Source of the DNA: Lepidodermella squamata
Lineage: Eukaryota; Animalia; Gastrotricha
Length of the DNA: 64,000 nucleotides
Direction of reading: 5' to 3'
Assembly: GCA_047495785.1 (NCBI GenBank)
Contig: JBLDXI010000011.1
Coordinates: 372,001-436,000, forward strand
Under the pieces are notes generated by a model. The model did no database searches, was not told where the DNA came from, and saw only the letters and a program-made list of their open reading frames with translations. A program made the translations under genes and the position numbers. Of the stretch, positions 1 through 10,727 are shown in pieces. Position 1 is the first letter of the stretch. Every line of letters begins with the position of its first letter.

Positions 1-49
1 GGGTAGGTATAAACTCCAGTCTGCCATTACTAGCTGGGAAAATCAAAGA

Positions 50-1302
50 ATGTGGTTGGTAGCGCTATCCTTACTGGTTGTGCTATTGTTCAGGATGGCA
101 TCTGTCATACAGGGCAATATGAGTTTCGATGAGATCACACGTATGCATGAAATTTTCCGCATTTCGTGCCCATTTGCTTTTTACAAATGGCTGCCTAACC
201 ACCTCATCAACGGTAGTGAGAAATCTCCCCCTGGTACGGACACTGATATCATTATAGTGTTGCTACCACCCGTCAAAATTCACGACACCGCCCGTCAGTT
301 ATCGATCGTCCATGAATTCACTGCGACTTGGCATTGGCCGTGTGACATGGATGCATTCTGTAGAAATCTTGCGGCTGTCAACATAACGGAATGCGATTTA
401 AAGTATTTCTACATGTATGCACCGCTGGGCGACGTATGGTACCCGACATTCCTCCACGGCAATGCAGTTTCTGATCCTGCGGCTATAATGGGGTGAGATT
501 TACCTTTCATTGAGACTCAGTGATATTGATTCCCACGAGAATTTGTCCACAATTACAATAAAGTGTAACCATATTTTTCAGGTCGATTGTACAGACGAGA
601 GTTAAAATCGAACCATTTTCCGGCGTTTCAAATTGGATGGCATCAGGAAAGCTGGATTCTCAGTGCTCTGAAGTCGGGCAAATCTCGCGGTTCCCTTTCG
701 ATACCTTTGAATGTACCGTTGTAATTCTGCCATTTGGGGACGTTCGACTTTCGAACGTTCAAATAGATCCGATTTTCTTGGAAGGTGGAGATGTTGGTCA
801 CGATGGCGATGTTTGGGCTTTCCAACGGCTCAACTATTCGTTCGAACACTGGCACAGTTCGATTCAGTTATCATTCAAACGCAAACCAGGCTTTATCATC
901 CAAAAAGTCATCGTGCCCTGCTACATCTTGGCTGTTCTTCAGGTTGTAGGGCTCATAATGCCTGCTCGGATGCCAGACCGGCCCGTTTACAACATCACGG
1001 TCCTACTTGCATTTTTCGTCATTCTCGGCATGGTATTCGAGGCGATTCCACAATCGTCAGATCCAATTTACTTGGTTATTTTGATTGAAGTGAAAATCGG
1101 TATAGGAGCTGTTATAACTCTATACACGCTTTTCACCCTCCGTTTTGCTAAACGGGACCTGTCAAAGCGACCGGTCATGCTAATACTTACCGTATCACTA
1201 ACCGTCATAGAAGTAATGGACATTGTTGCAGCAATCACTGTTATTGCCTTATCAGGCATTATCGATGGAGTTTTATTCCACAAAATGATAGAGTTTTATT
1301 AG
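50..1302 (+). CDS. Divergent Cys-loop ligand-gated ion channel subunit, copy 1 (exons 50-492, 582-1302; 387 aa)
   Basis: Signal peptide; WYP loop A; Cys-loop CSEVGQISRFPFDTFEC; four TM segments with M2 DRPVYNITVLL; GG|GTGAG...TTCAG|G phase-2 intron joins the two ORFs in frame. Confidence 0.92.
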
Positions 1303-1647
1303 ATTTTTTTCTCTGTTGATTGAAGGAAAAATAAAAAGATTGTTGTTTCTATGGTCGACGTTTTGGTTGACGTCGATGAATCGGTCGTAGTTTGAGTGGA
1401 TGCCGTTGTCGCGGGCTTAGTTTGAGTTGAAGTTGTTCTTGTAGTTGAAGTTTTTGTTGAAGCTGAAGTTGTGGGCGTGGTTGATGTCGCAGCTGCTGGT
1501 TCACTCAGGTACCAAAAGTAGAAGCGGCTCACCCGGACCCACGCGAAAGCGTTGTCCATTGAGCGGAATGCATCAGCGTTGTTGTATAGATAATTCCCAA
1601 TATTTGGCAAGTTCATCGGCGAGCTAATGATCGCGTTCGCACCAGAA

Positions 1648-1896
1648 CAGACCGGCCCGTTTACAACATCACGGTCCTACTTGCATTTTTCGTCATTCTC
1701 GGCATGATTTTCGAAGCGATTCCCCAGTCGCCAGAGCCAATTTACCTGGTCATTTTGATAGCAGTGAAAATCGCGATTGGAGCAATTGTAACCTTTTACA
1801 CCTTAGTCACCCTGCGCTTTGCTAAAGGGGGCTTGTCAAAGCTACAGGTCATGAACATTTCCTTTATTTCCTTTACCGTCATCGAAGCCATGGACA
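1648..1896 (+). pseudogene. Cys-loop channel fragment (M2-M3 to start of M4)
   Basis: First ~59 nt identical to copy 1 M2 region; lacks 5' part; cut at 3' end by repeat DNA at 1897. Confidence 0.85.
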
Positions 1897-2600
1897 GGTG
1901 TGGCGACAAGTGAGCAAACGACTATTCAACATGCGACAGCTCGGGACGACTATTCGGCAAACGTCAACTTGACGTTGAAAAACTAAAGGACCGAAAACGA
2001 CAATTCGGCAAACGATTATTAGGCAACGTGTCCTATTTCGACAATTCGGCAAAACGGCGACTCGGCATTTCGCACTAAATCACTAATATATGGAAACGAC
2101 AACCGGCAAACTGAAATTAACTCAACAATTCACGACAACTCGGCATTAGACTACTCAACATAAATTAATTATTGATGAATTTATAAAATATATAAATTCC
2201 GTAATATATGAAAACGACAACTCGGCAGTAACGTCAACTGGGCAATATTTGAGCAATATGTGAATTTTCTTGGCATGAGAGGATTGATATTCTCATTTTA
2301 ATAACTCAAAATAGCATGACCTTTCCAACACACGAGAACGGGGGATTCATTTATTTGCAACTTGCAGCCATTGCTATTCTACTGAATTTATGTGAAGTTC
2401 ACACAATGACAAATTTGTGAATGACTCTTCTACTTCGCTCTTTTGCTGCTTGCCCACAGGAGCTTCGATTGAGATTGAGGTGAAACGGCGATGCCAGACC
2501 TCAACGTTGTTCGCAGCCCTTGGTGGATGTTTATCACGAGAAGCCGGTTGTTGCTGATCGGGGTTCGTCGGATCAGGCATTTCTAATGAATAGAAATTTA
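1897..2600 (-). mobile_element. Mutator-like (MULE) transposon remnant
   Basis: Subterminal CGACAACTCGGCA-type repeats at 1897-2245; minus-strand PRAANNVEVWHRRF resembles the MULE transposase PRTNNxxExWH motif. Confidence 0.5.
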
Positions 2601-2803
2601 AATTTAAAATGAAAATAAATTATGGAAACCATTAACTTCAAAATAATAGCTTATGCAAGAACACAATAAATGAGTGAATTTTGTATTGATTTTCGTTCAT
2701 TACTGTCTGGGTTTATCAACATAAACTAGCGCGTGCGCTTTTTTCGATATCGCACGTTACCGCTTCACAGTTGCAGCGTTCACTGTTGTCGCCTTATCAG
2801 ACA

Positions 2804-2839
2804 CTAGTAACGTAGCAGGCGGCCGCTATAGCGGCCGCC
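2804..2839 (-). mobile_element. Helitron-like 3' terminus (element extends rightwards; 5' end not located)
   Basis: Perfect 22-bp GC palindrome GGCGGCCGCTATAGCGGCCGCC (2818-2839), followed 10 nt later on the minus strand by CTAG then T. Confidence 0.55.
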
Positions 2840-3079
2840 ATTGTACAACAAAGGGGGGAAATTCGAAACTCGGATTTTTGTTCGACATGTCAGGAGTTTC
2901 GAAATCTCAACGAAGGACACTTGCCAGAGATCAGCGCATGCCAAATTCATGAAAAGCATTTCGAATTCATTATATGGTAGCATGAGAAGATGCTCGAAAC
3001 AGAAAAAATATGTTCACTTCAAGCATATGCTATGGCTATGTATGCATGTATCACATAGCTAAGTCGAGTCAAACAACTC

Positions 3080-3380
3080 CTTAGGGGTGAAGGGTAACTC
3101 CCCGGAACTTCTACTGTTGTTTTTCGTATTCAGCATGTTTGATTTAGTAAGTAAGTGATCTTAGAAGATAGGATAGAAGATAAACTGAGTCTCGAATAAT
3201 CTCGCAAGAGAAGAATGGTCTTAGTTCACTTGACGAAAGTAAGCATGAACGTCCGATAGTTTCAAAAAGACGACCCCAATGTGCTTAAACATACATTGAC
3301 TACGCAGCTCTACTAAATCAACCATGCAGAGCAAGAATAACATTAGGAAAAACTTTGAGGAGTCACCCTTCACCCCTAAG
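3080..3380. mobile_element. MITE-like element
   Basis: Inverted termini CTTAGGGGTGAAGGGTAACTC / GAGTCACCCTTCACCCCTAAG; no ORF. Confidence 0.6.
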
Positions 3381-4260
3381 TATGTAAGATTACGCCTTAC
3401 GCAAGGTATACCTATGTAAGATGAAGGCCTGTGAATTAGACATAATTAATTTTTTTTCGATTATCTTATCTTCCACATGAATTTCTAATCAATTCGACCA
3501 TGCTGATCACGAATTTCACATACCCCGACCCCGGGGACGCGTCCTTGGTCAAGATTTCGGAACCCTAAGGTCAGGCGACGCGGCGACCGGCGACCTGAAA
3601 TTTTGAATTCCCCCACAAATGCGTTACCATGGAAAATTTAAAATTTAAAATAATTAAATTTGAAAATATTAATCAAGTTTTAAATTTTAAATTATTTAAA
3701 TAACACAATTAAAACACGTTCAAAATAAGAAAGCGCTTGATTTCTTTTTTGGCTGTTTTGACGCCGCCGGTTTGACGGAGTCAAAAAGTCAGAGTTTTCG
3801 CACCCATAAAATTTTATTCTCTATCTACTGATATCAAATTTATGATTATGGGCCATACGGAAGTATGATATTAAGCGTATGCGTCGAGCGTCCAATCAGC
3901 TTTGAGAAATTCAAATCTCAGCCGTTGAGTACCTCCGCCGTTTAGTAGTTTAGATTATCGACGGATTTCCGTTCCACAAAATGTTTGAGTGACGGTTTTC
4001 AAATTCATAACTTTTTGACATAATCCGCATGAATGACTACTTGCGGTAGTATAGTTTCATAATAGAGAAAAAATGTCATTTCTTCTATGAGTTTCATTTG
4101 TCATAATCGACGCAGGCTTGTTTCGCAAAGCTTTTGATTCTTAGCTTCATTTTGTAGTTTTTTTGCTTCGAACCCTGAATTTTTGCAGAAGGAAATTTAG
4201 TTGCAGAAGAAACTTTTGGAAGAATAAATCTTAGCAGCAACATTTAAAAGGCGATACATA

Positions 4261-5028
4261 CCGTATTTCTCGAAAATATACGACACACCTGTATATATCC
4301 CCGCTCCCTAATACAACCCGACGAAAAAATCGTTTGTTCATATTTAACCCAGGCCTCGAAATTGTACCACAGCTATTTTAATTTGGGCGAAGCATGCGTT
4401 GGAACAAAAGAAAAGCCTTATTAATGACGCATTATCGTAATCAGTGATTAGCTATCGCGTAAGCAGCTTCGCAACGTCTGATCTTGGCACCATTCATAAG
4501 CCAGCAGAAAATGCCCATTCAGCATTCACTAGCTGAGACACAGAGTTTTATTTTAACATTTTCATATCCTTCTTAATCGTTTTAACCTTCTGGAATCGAT
4601 GATGGCTGGCTCTCCTGATCGTCTTCAAGATTCCGTCCAGGTGTCCGAAGAAGACAAGCGAAAGCGGCACCGCAAGTATTCCCTCGCATACAAAATTCGC
4701 GTGGCTGATCATGCAAAAGCAATCTCAGCAAACGATGCCTCGAGAGTCTTCAAGGTCGATCGTCGATGCGTCAAGGAATGGCTACAACATCACCAACAGC
4801 TGCTGATTCTACAGTTCGCTGGCATGGAAAAGCGTCATCGTCTCCTTTTCACTGAATCGACAAATAAAACAATCTAAAAACGTCGTCTTAATACGAATTG
4901 CTCGCGGCTTTTTGTGATGATTCGCAATTAAACAGCACACCCGTATATATCCCCACTCCCTAATACAACCCGAATCAAAAATCATTTGTTCATAAATATA
5001 GCCGGCGGTAAATTTTCGAGAAATACGG
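4261..5028 (+). mobile_element. pogo/Tc1-mariner non-autonomous element retaining a Brinker-type DNA-binding domain fragment
   Basis: TIRs CCGTATTTCTCGAAAAT / ATTTTCGAGAAATACGG with TA on both sides; internal direct repeat at ~4284 and ~4936; ORF 4599-4877 RKYSLAYKIRV...ASRVFKVDRRCVKEW resembles the BrkDBD of pogo transposases. Confidence 0.8.
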
Positions 5029-5030
5029 TA

Positions 5031-5655
5031 ATATCGTTAGCGACGCGCCAAAACAACCACTTAGATGATTCATCCGAACGTACTTCATGAACGTAACGTA
5101 ATAATTCAGCTAGTACGTTCGGTTTTTTCATGACCTGAACGTAATTCGATTTTACGATCGACATGTAAGCGATTTTACGAGTCGAGGGTAGTGAACAAGT
5201 ACGATATTTTACCATCTGAATGTAAAACGCGTGTACGATAGGGTCGTGAACAAGGTTTACAGTCGAGATGTACTTAGCTACTACGAAGTGAGCGTAAACA
5301 CCAAGTACGAATGATTCGTACCCAACTTTTACGCCACGAGCGTACATGAAAATTACGTCCAGATAGTAAGCATGGTTTTACCACTGGACCGTACATTTCT
5401 CTTACAACCAGGACGTAAATTCCACGTTACATCAGACTCGTAATTTTATTTTACGTGCCGGACGTACTCGATTGTACGTTCAGTATTTTACGTTCTGTTC
5501 GTAAAAAATAATTACAACTGTATGGTAACAAATCATTACGTTCGCCGTTGATCGTAATATGCAATTTACGTTCAGCGGCCCGCAGAGCCGATCGTACTTT
5601 CCTGAAATGAACTAAAAATAGTAAAGTGGTTGTTTTGGCGCGTCGCTAACGATAT
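5031..5655. mobile_element. MITE with 32-bp TIRs and ACGT/CGTA-rich interior
   Basis: ATATCGTTAGCGACGCGCCAAAACAACCACTT and its exact reverse complement at 5624-5655. Confidence 0.8.
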
Positions 5656-6382
5656 CATGTCACATGCGAGTTGCACGGATCATCTCAAATGTTAACGTTC
5701 TCCTGTTTCCTACCGAATGTTTTACAGTTTATCCAGGTTTCACGTTTCATGTGTTGGAGCACTTCTTTTCGCCAATGGACTAATGACAAGTTTCCCTTCC
5801 CATATTTTCGCTGCGTATTTTGCATAAATAATGGATTTTACGAATTTCGGCCCAAATTTGACATCAAAAGGGATTTTCGTTTCAAACGATTAAATAGATT
5901 TAATCGAACTCAACTATATTCTTAAGTGAATTAATAACCCAGATTGATGTGCACTTGATCAGTAACCGATAACCGATAATCGATAATTGATCGATAGCTA
6001 ATTTGATATCACAATATTAATCAGCGTCATTACTAACCCAAACTTTCATCTTCACTACGATTCAGTAAGATTGCGATGATTTTCCGATTTTTCCTTTCCC
6101 CCCTGAAAAATCTCACGCCGAAACTCTACTATCGTCCTTGCAAATTCGGTCATCGCAGGAGAATTCAGCTATGTGTGAAGAGCGTCTGATCACATGTTTT
6201 GATCGCGTGATTTTGTTTGATCGGATATGAGATAAATTCAGAATTCACAGTAGCTTTATGTTCAAAGTCGCGTGAGAATTGCAATACCATGGCCATGTCA
6301 TTTTCCTATAGCAAGAGTAGGTACTGAAGCGAACTTCTGATATAATTCGCAATCTCTATCAGGATTTAATAACTTTGCAGCG

Positions 6383-7747
6383 ATGCGAATTATTCAACTG
6401 GCACTGGTGATCATTGAGCTGATGGCTGATCGCAGCAAAGCGGATCTCAAATTCGAGGAAAGCGAATTGATTCTTCAAATATTTCGAGATTCTTGTCCTT
6501 ACGCTACGTACAAGTGGCTGACGAACCACCGATCAAATGGAACCAATAAAGTACCTATTGAAATTTCATTGGATTTATCGTTACAAGCGCCCGTCGACAT
6601 CCGTGAAATTACCCGCCAGATGGCTGTTCTATTGTCGATTGATGTAAGCTGGTCCTGGCCGTGCGATTTCGATGCTTTCTGCAGAAATATCAAAGCTACC
6701 AGCATCACAGAATGCTCGTCCTCGGCTGGTATGAACCTTGGTATGAAAGTATCAATGGACCAGGTATGGATTCCTGAGGTTTACCACTTGAATGCGATAG
6801 CAAACCCAAAGGAAATAATGGCGTGAGATGATACTTGGTTCCTTCCATCATTGTAGTTATAATTTGTGTTTCAGATCTTTGGCGCTGTCGCCCGTAGAAA
6901 TCCGCCCGTTTCTCGGCCTTTCGGTATGGGGTACTGCAACCAAGTTGGAATCACATTGCTTGGAAAACTCGGGCATAGCTAAATTTCCTTTCGACAGCTT
7001 CGAATGTGCGATTCAAATAGCAACAACGTCTGACTCAATCATAAAAGAATTCACACACGAAGACAACTTCGAACAATACGAAGATGTCAGCAATGTTTGG
7101 ACATTCGTACGCAAAAATCATTCCATTGGCGATAGCTTCATCGTTATTCAGTTGTTATTCAAGCGCAAGCCGGGATTCATCGTCCAGCAAGTCATTGTGC
7201 CTTGTTACATTTTGACTGTGTTGCAAATTATAGGCCTGATAATGCCTGCCAAAATGCCAGACCGGCCTGTCTACAACATGTCAGTTCTCCTAGCATTTTT
7301 TGTCATTCTCGGCATGATTTTCGGCGCGATTCCACCATCACCTGAGCCGATTTATCTCGCAATCTTGATCGAGACGAAAATAAGCTTTGGAGTTGCTATA
7401 ACCCTGTACACACTTGTGGCTCTTCGTTTAGCTAAGCGAGAGCGGTGGAAGAAATTGTCGCACAACTCGATTAACTTACACTACATATGTACTAATTGGT
7501 TCAAAGTTAGCGGCCTGCGTGCCCTTTTGAAACCACGAATTTCTTTTTGTACCAAATTTTTATACGAAAGTATATTTTTCGAAATAAACATAATAATAAT
7601 AATAATAATAATAATAAAACGGCTTTGAAGAAGTTTTCCATTTCATTTGGAGCCATCGACGTCATGGACATTGCAGCAGCGTGTTTTTTCGTAGCATTAT
7701 CTGGCGTAATCGATGCTGTCCTATTCAGTAAAATGCTCGACAGGTAA
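6383..7747 (+). CDS. Cys-loop channel copy 2 (exons 6383-6822, 6875-), disrupted by a 164-bp insertion in the M3-M4 loop; possible pseudogene
   Basis: Family motifs present; 52-nt intron; the original M4 (KTALKKFSISFGAIDVMD...KMLDR) lies out of frame after insertion 7455-7618. Confidence 0.85.
7455..7618 (+). mobile_element. Short retroposon-like insertion with AATAAA and (AAT)n tail
   Basis: Interrupts the alignable coding sequence; a second copy lies inverted at 8172-8309. Confidence 0.8.
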
Positions 7748-8171
7748 TAACACTAACAACATTATGACAATGCTAATTGTTGATTGTTTTGATTTTTGAT
7801 ACTCTCCTGGTAATCTCTGAATGGCGTATCGAGATGTATCTGATTGGCGCTGTGTGTGAACTTTTGTTTGCGACGTAATGAAAACTTGGCAGGCTTTTCG
7901 CTATCTAACAAGCCTCAGTGTTCACGAATCGTGAAGCATTTGATCGGATTATTTGAACGGAAATTGAAAAAATGCCTGATTCCTGGCTGAGAGGTTTCGT
8001 CGCTGCGTTTATTGGGAAAAATAATCATTCGCGAATTTCTTTTACAAAACTGGCTCGAAAGATGAGATTGGCAGCGTTATTTTTACTGATAGATTTCACG
8101 CTTAAACATTTCGACAATGCGATTATAAGATTTGATGACATCACTGAAAGGCAATTTCGAATGCAGCATTG

Positions 8172-8309
8172 TTATTATTATTATCTTTATTTCGAAAACA
8201 TATTCAATCGTATAAAAAAAATCGGTAGGAAAGATTCGTGGTTTCAAAAAGGCACGCAGGCCGCTAACATTTAACCAATTAATACAATATAATTTTGATT
8301 AGTGCGACA
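8172..8309 (-). mobile_element. Second copy of the (AAT)n-tailed element
   Basis: Reverse complement matches 7456-7616 (TGTCGCAC...GTTAGCGGCCTGCGTGCC...GAAACCACGAAT...TTCGAAATAAA). Confidence 0.8.
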
Positions 8310-8369
8310 GAAAGAAGAGGGTGTTAGATCAGAAAAATGCTCAATAGGAATGAAATTAATACGAATATA

Positions 8370-9505
8370 CAGTGTGTCCGTCGAATAATATGAGCCTATA
8401 TATAGCATTTTAATTGCGCCTGTTCACGAGTCGTGCACGAGGCAAAAAAAACGCAGCACTGAATGATAGTACAGCTATTGTTGTTCATTGCTGGAATAAT
8501 ATCAATTATTGGTCCGCTAAAATTTGTATTATTTAATCAAGATAAAGAACATTCTTCGGAACGAAAGCATTAGCTTCGGGATTTTCACCTGCGAGCTTTG
8601 TACATTACTAAAGTTTTGGGGACAACGAGTTGCCCTGAATATTCATGCAATAAGATGAAACGCGCAACAATGTCAACCTAATATCTGGAAAAAATAGAAC
8701 CATTTAACTGCGATTTAATAGAAATTCTTTTTATCCAATTCAGTTAAAACTGTTTGTACTAGCCATTGGACGTATTCTTGCGGGTATGAGAAATTCACGT
8801 ATATAACGGTTAGCCGATAGCGCCCCGGATGCTACACAAATTGGCGAAAGCGACATTACCCCTTTATTTCAAATTCAAATTCATAACGCGGAACTTATTT
8901 AAAACAGATTACCAGGTCGTAATGGAAACTGCTTTAGTTGCTTCCATTGCATTTGTTGCATTTGTTGCATTTTATGCTTCAACGGCAGTTATTAAATTAG
9001 ACATGCAAGATTACGAAAAAAATTTAGAAAATGTCCCGCGGCTGTTGAAGACCCAAGTCGATGGGCAAGTCGATGTACGTGAAAAAGGGGAAACCCGATT
9101 CCAAAAAAGCGGTTTGTAAAACTGGCCATGGTCGAATTCAAAATGGCCCTTGCAAAACAAAAAACTGAAACGGCTGAGGGAGAAGATGATGATGACGGAG
9201 ATGAACCTGATAATTAAGATAATTTTTTAAAGGCGCGGCTCGTTAAGAGGAAAATATGAGCATTCCTGATGGTCAGAACATCACCTTCTCTATCACCTGA
9301 AAGAATTAAGACGAAGAAAGTTTAATCATCAACACTAGCTGATGCATACAAATTTTAACTAGCAGTAGTAAATAAAGCTTTAGATTTCATTGACGTATTA
9401 TTTTTTGCATCTCATGAAAAAAATGAGACGCCAGATCTGGCACGCGCCACGCTTGCTGTTGCTTTTGGACTATAAATAGCCTCATATTATTTGACGGACA
9501 CACTG
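8370..9505. mobile_element. Tc1/mariner-type non-autonomous element
   Basis: TIRs CAGTGTGTCCGTCGAATAATATGAG / CTCATATTATTTGACGGACACACTG flanked by TA; no recognisable transposase. Confidence 0.85.
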
Positions 9506-9603
9506 TATTCACAAAGAATGATTTATTTGAACACAACTAATTATAATATAATCGAGCGATATCGTCGTCATTTTTCGTTAGTTCATGTCCAAGATAAATC
9601 CCA

Positions 9604-10101
9604 CAGATTTGAAGATAACGAAGACGTTGGCGATGTTTGGGCCTTCCAACACTTCAACTATTCGTGCGAAGATAAACAGTGCTCAATTGACTTGTCATTC
9701 AACCCGGGTTTGATCCTACAACAAGTCATCGTTCCGTGCTACATTTTAGCTGTTCTCCAAGTTGTATGCCTGATAATGCCTGGTAAAATGGCGACCGGCC
9801 GGTTTACAACATCACGGTCCTCCTCGCGTTTTTCGTCATTCTCGGCGTCATTTTCGATGCGATTCCCAAGTCACCGCACCCGATTTTCCTCGTCATTTTG
9901 ATCGAAGTGAAAATCGCAGTCGGAGCGGTCATCCTTTGCACGCTCCGTTTTGCATAGCGTGTCCTGTCAAAGCGACTGGCTATGAAGTTGCCCTTTATTT
10001 CCTTCACCGTCATTGGCATCATGGATAGTGTAGCAGCAACCAGTATTATCGCCCTGTTGGGCGTGATCGACGGAGTTTTATTCTACATAATGTTTGAGTG
10101 A
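9604..10101 (+). pseudogene. Cys-loop channel exon-2 pseudogene
   Basis: DVGDVWAFQHFNYSCEDKQC...VIVPCYILAVLQ, then frameshifts, deletions and stops. Confidence 0.9.
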
Positions 10102-10727
10102 CCATGGTTTGAAGATAAGCCAGTAGCTCTGCAGAAGTCTGTTGCTACTAACCCCCCTCAAGCTAATTTCTTTTCTTTGTTCACTAAGTTATGCCTGTGA
10201 GCTCATTCATTGTTACGAAACAGTTTACAGCTGAGAGTTGCACCATTGTTCGGTCTTTGCTGAAAGCCTAAATTTAACAGTTACAGTTGACAGTTTAATT
10301 CTGCTGGCTATTTCCTACTTGAATTATCCGTTGAAGCCCCATTAGGCAAAAATAGTTTTTGTCTAGGAAATCAGGATCAAACAGCGTCTTGCATGCGTTG
10401 CAGAGAGCAAAGTAACGTAGGTAGGATGTAGGGATAATCCTTACCTGTTCCACAGGTTCGTACGGTGAACTCAGTCAAAGACCAAAGAGGAATACGGTCC
10501 ATTTTGAAGGACTGACGACAACTTGAAGTACGTGGATAAGCTTTCACCTATCTGAAGGGCGAAACAGGGTTCAAAAAAGGAAATGGCTCACGTAGAAGCC
10601 ATTTGCTAAATTGTCGATTCAAAAAAATGTACCAATGCACCCATCGGTACAAATCTATAAAGAATCTGCTCAACACTCGAAAGAGAAAATCATGACAATC
10701 CAGAAGTTCTATTTTATTTGCCGATTT

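Noticed and set aside
50-496. Exon-1 ORFs (~145 aa, signal peptide) as stand-alone secreted AChBP-like proteins in two-gene pairs
   Set aside because: The stop is a by-product of the phase-2 donor (GA|GTAA or GA|GTGA). Splicing joins each to the downstream ORF in frame, and exon 1 alone lacks the Cys-loop.
1897-2245. CRISPR-like or satellite array from the CGACAACTCGGCA repeats
   Set aside because: Irregular spacing, degenerate repeats and eukaryotic context; better explained as transposon subterminal repeats
8829-9119. ORF inside the Tc1-type element as a transposase or cargo gene
   Set aside because: No HTH or DDE motifs, short, and includes a small tandem repeat
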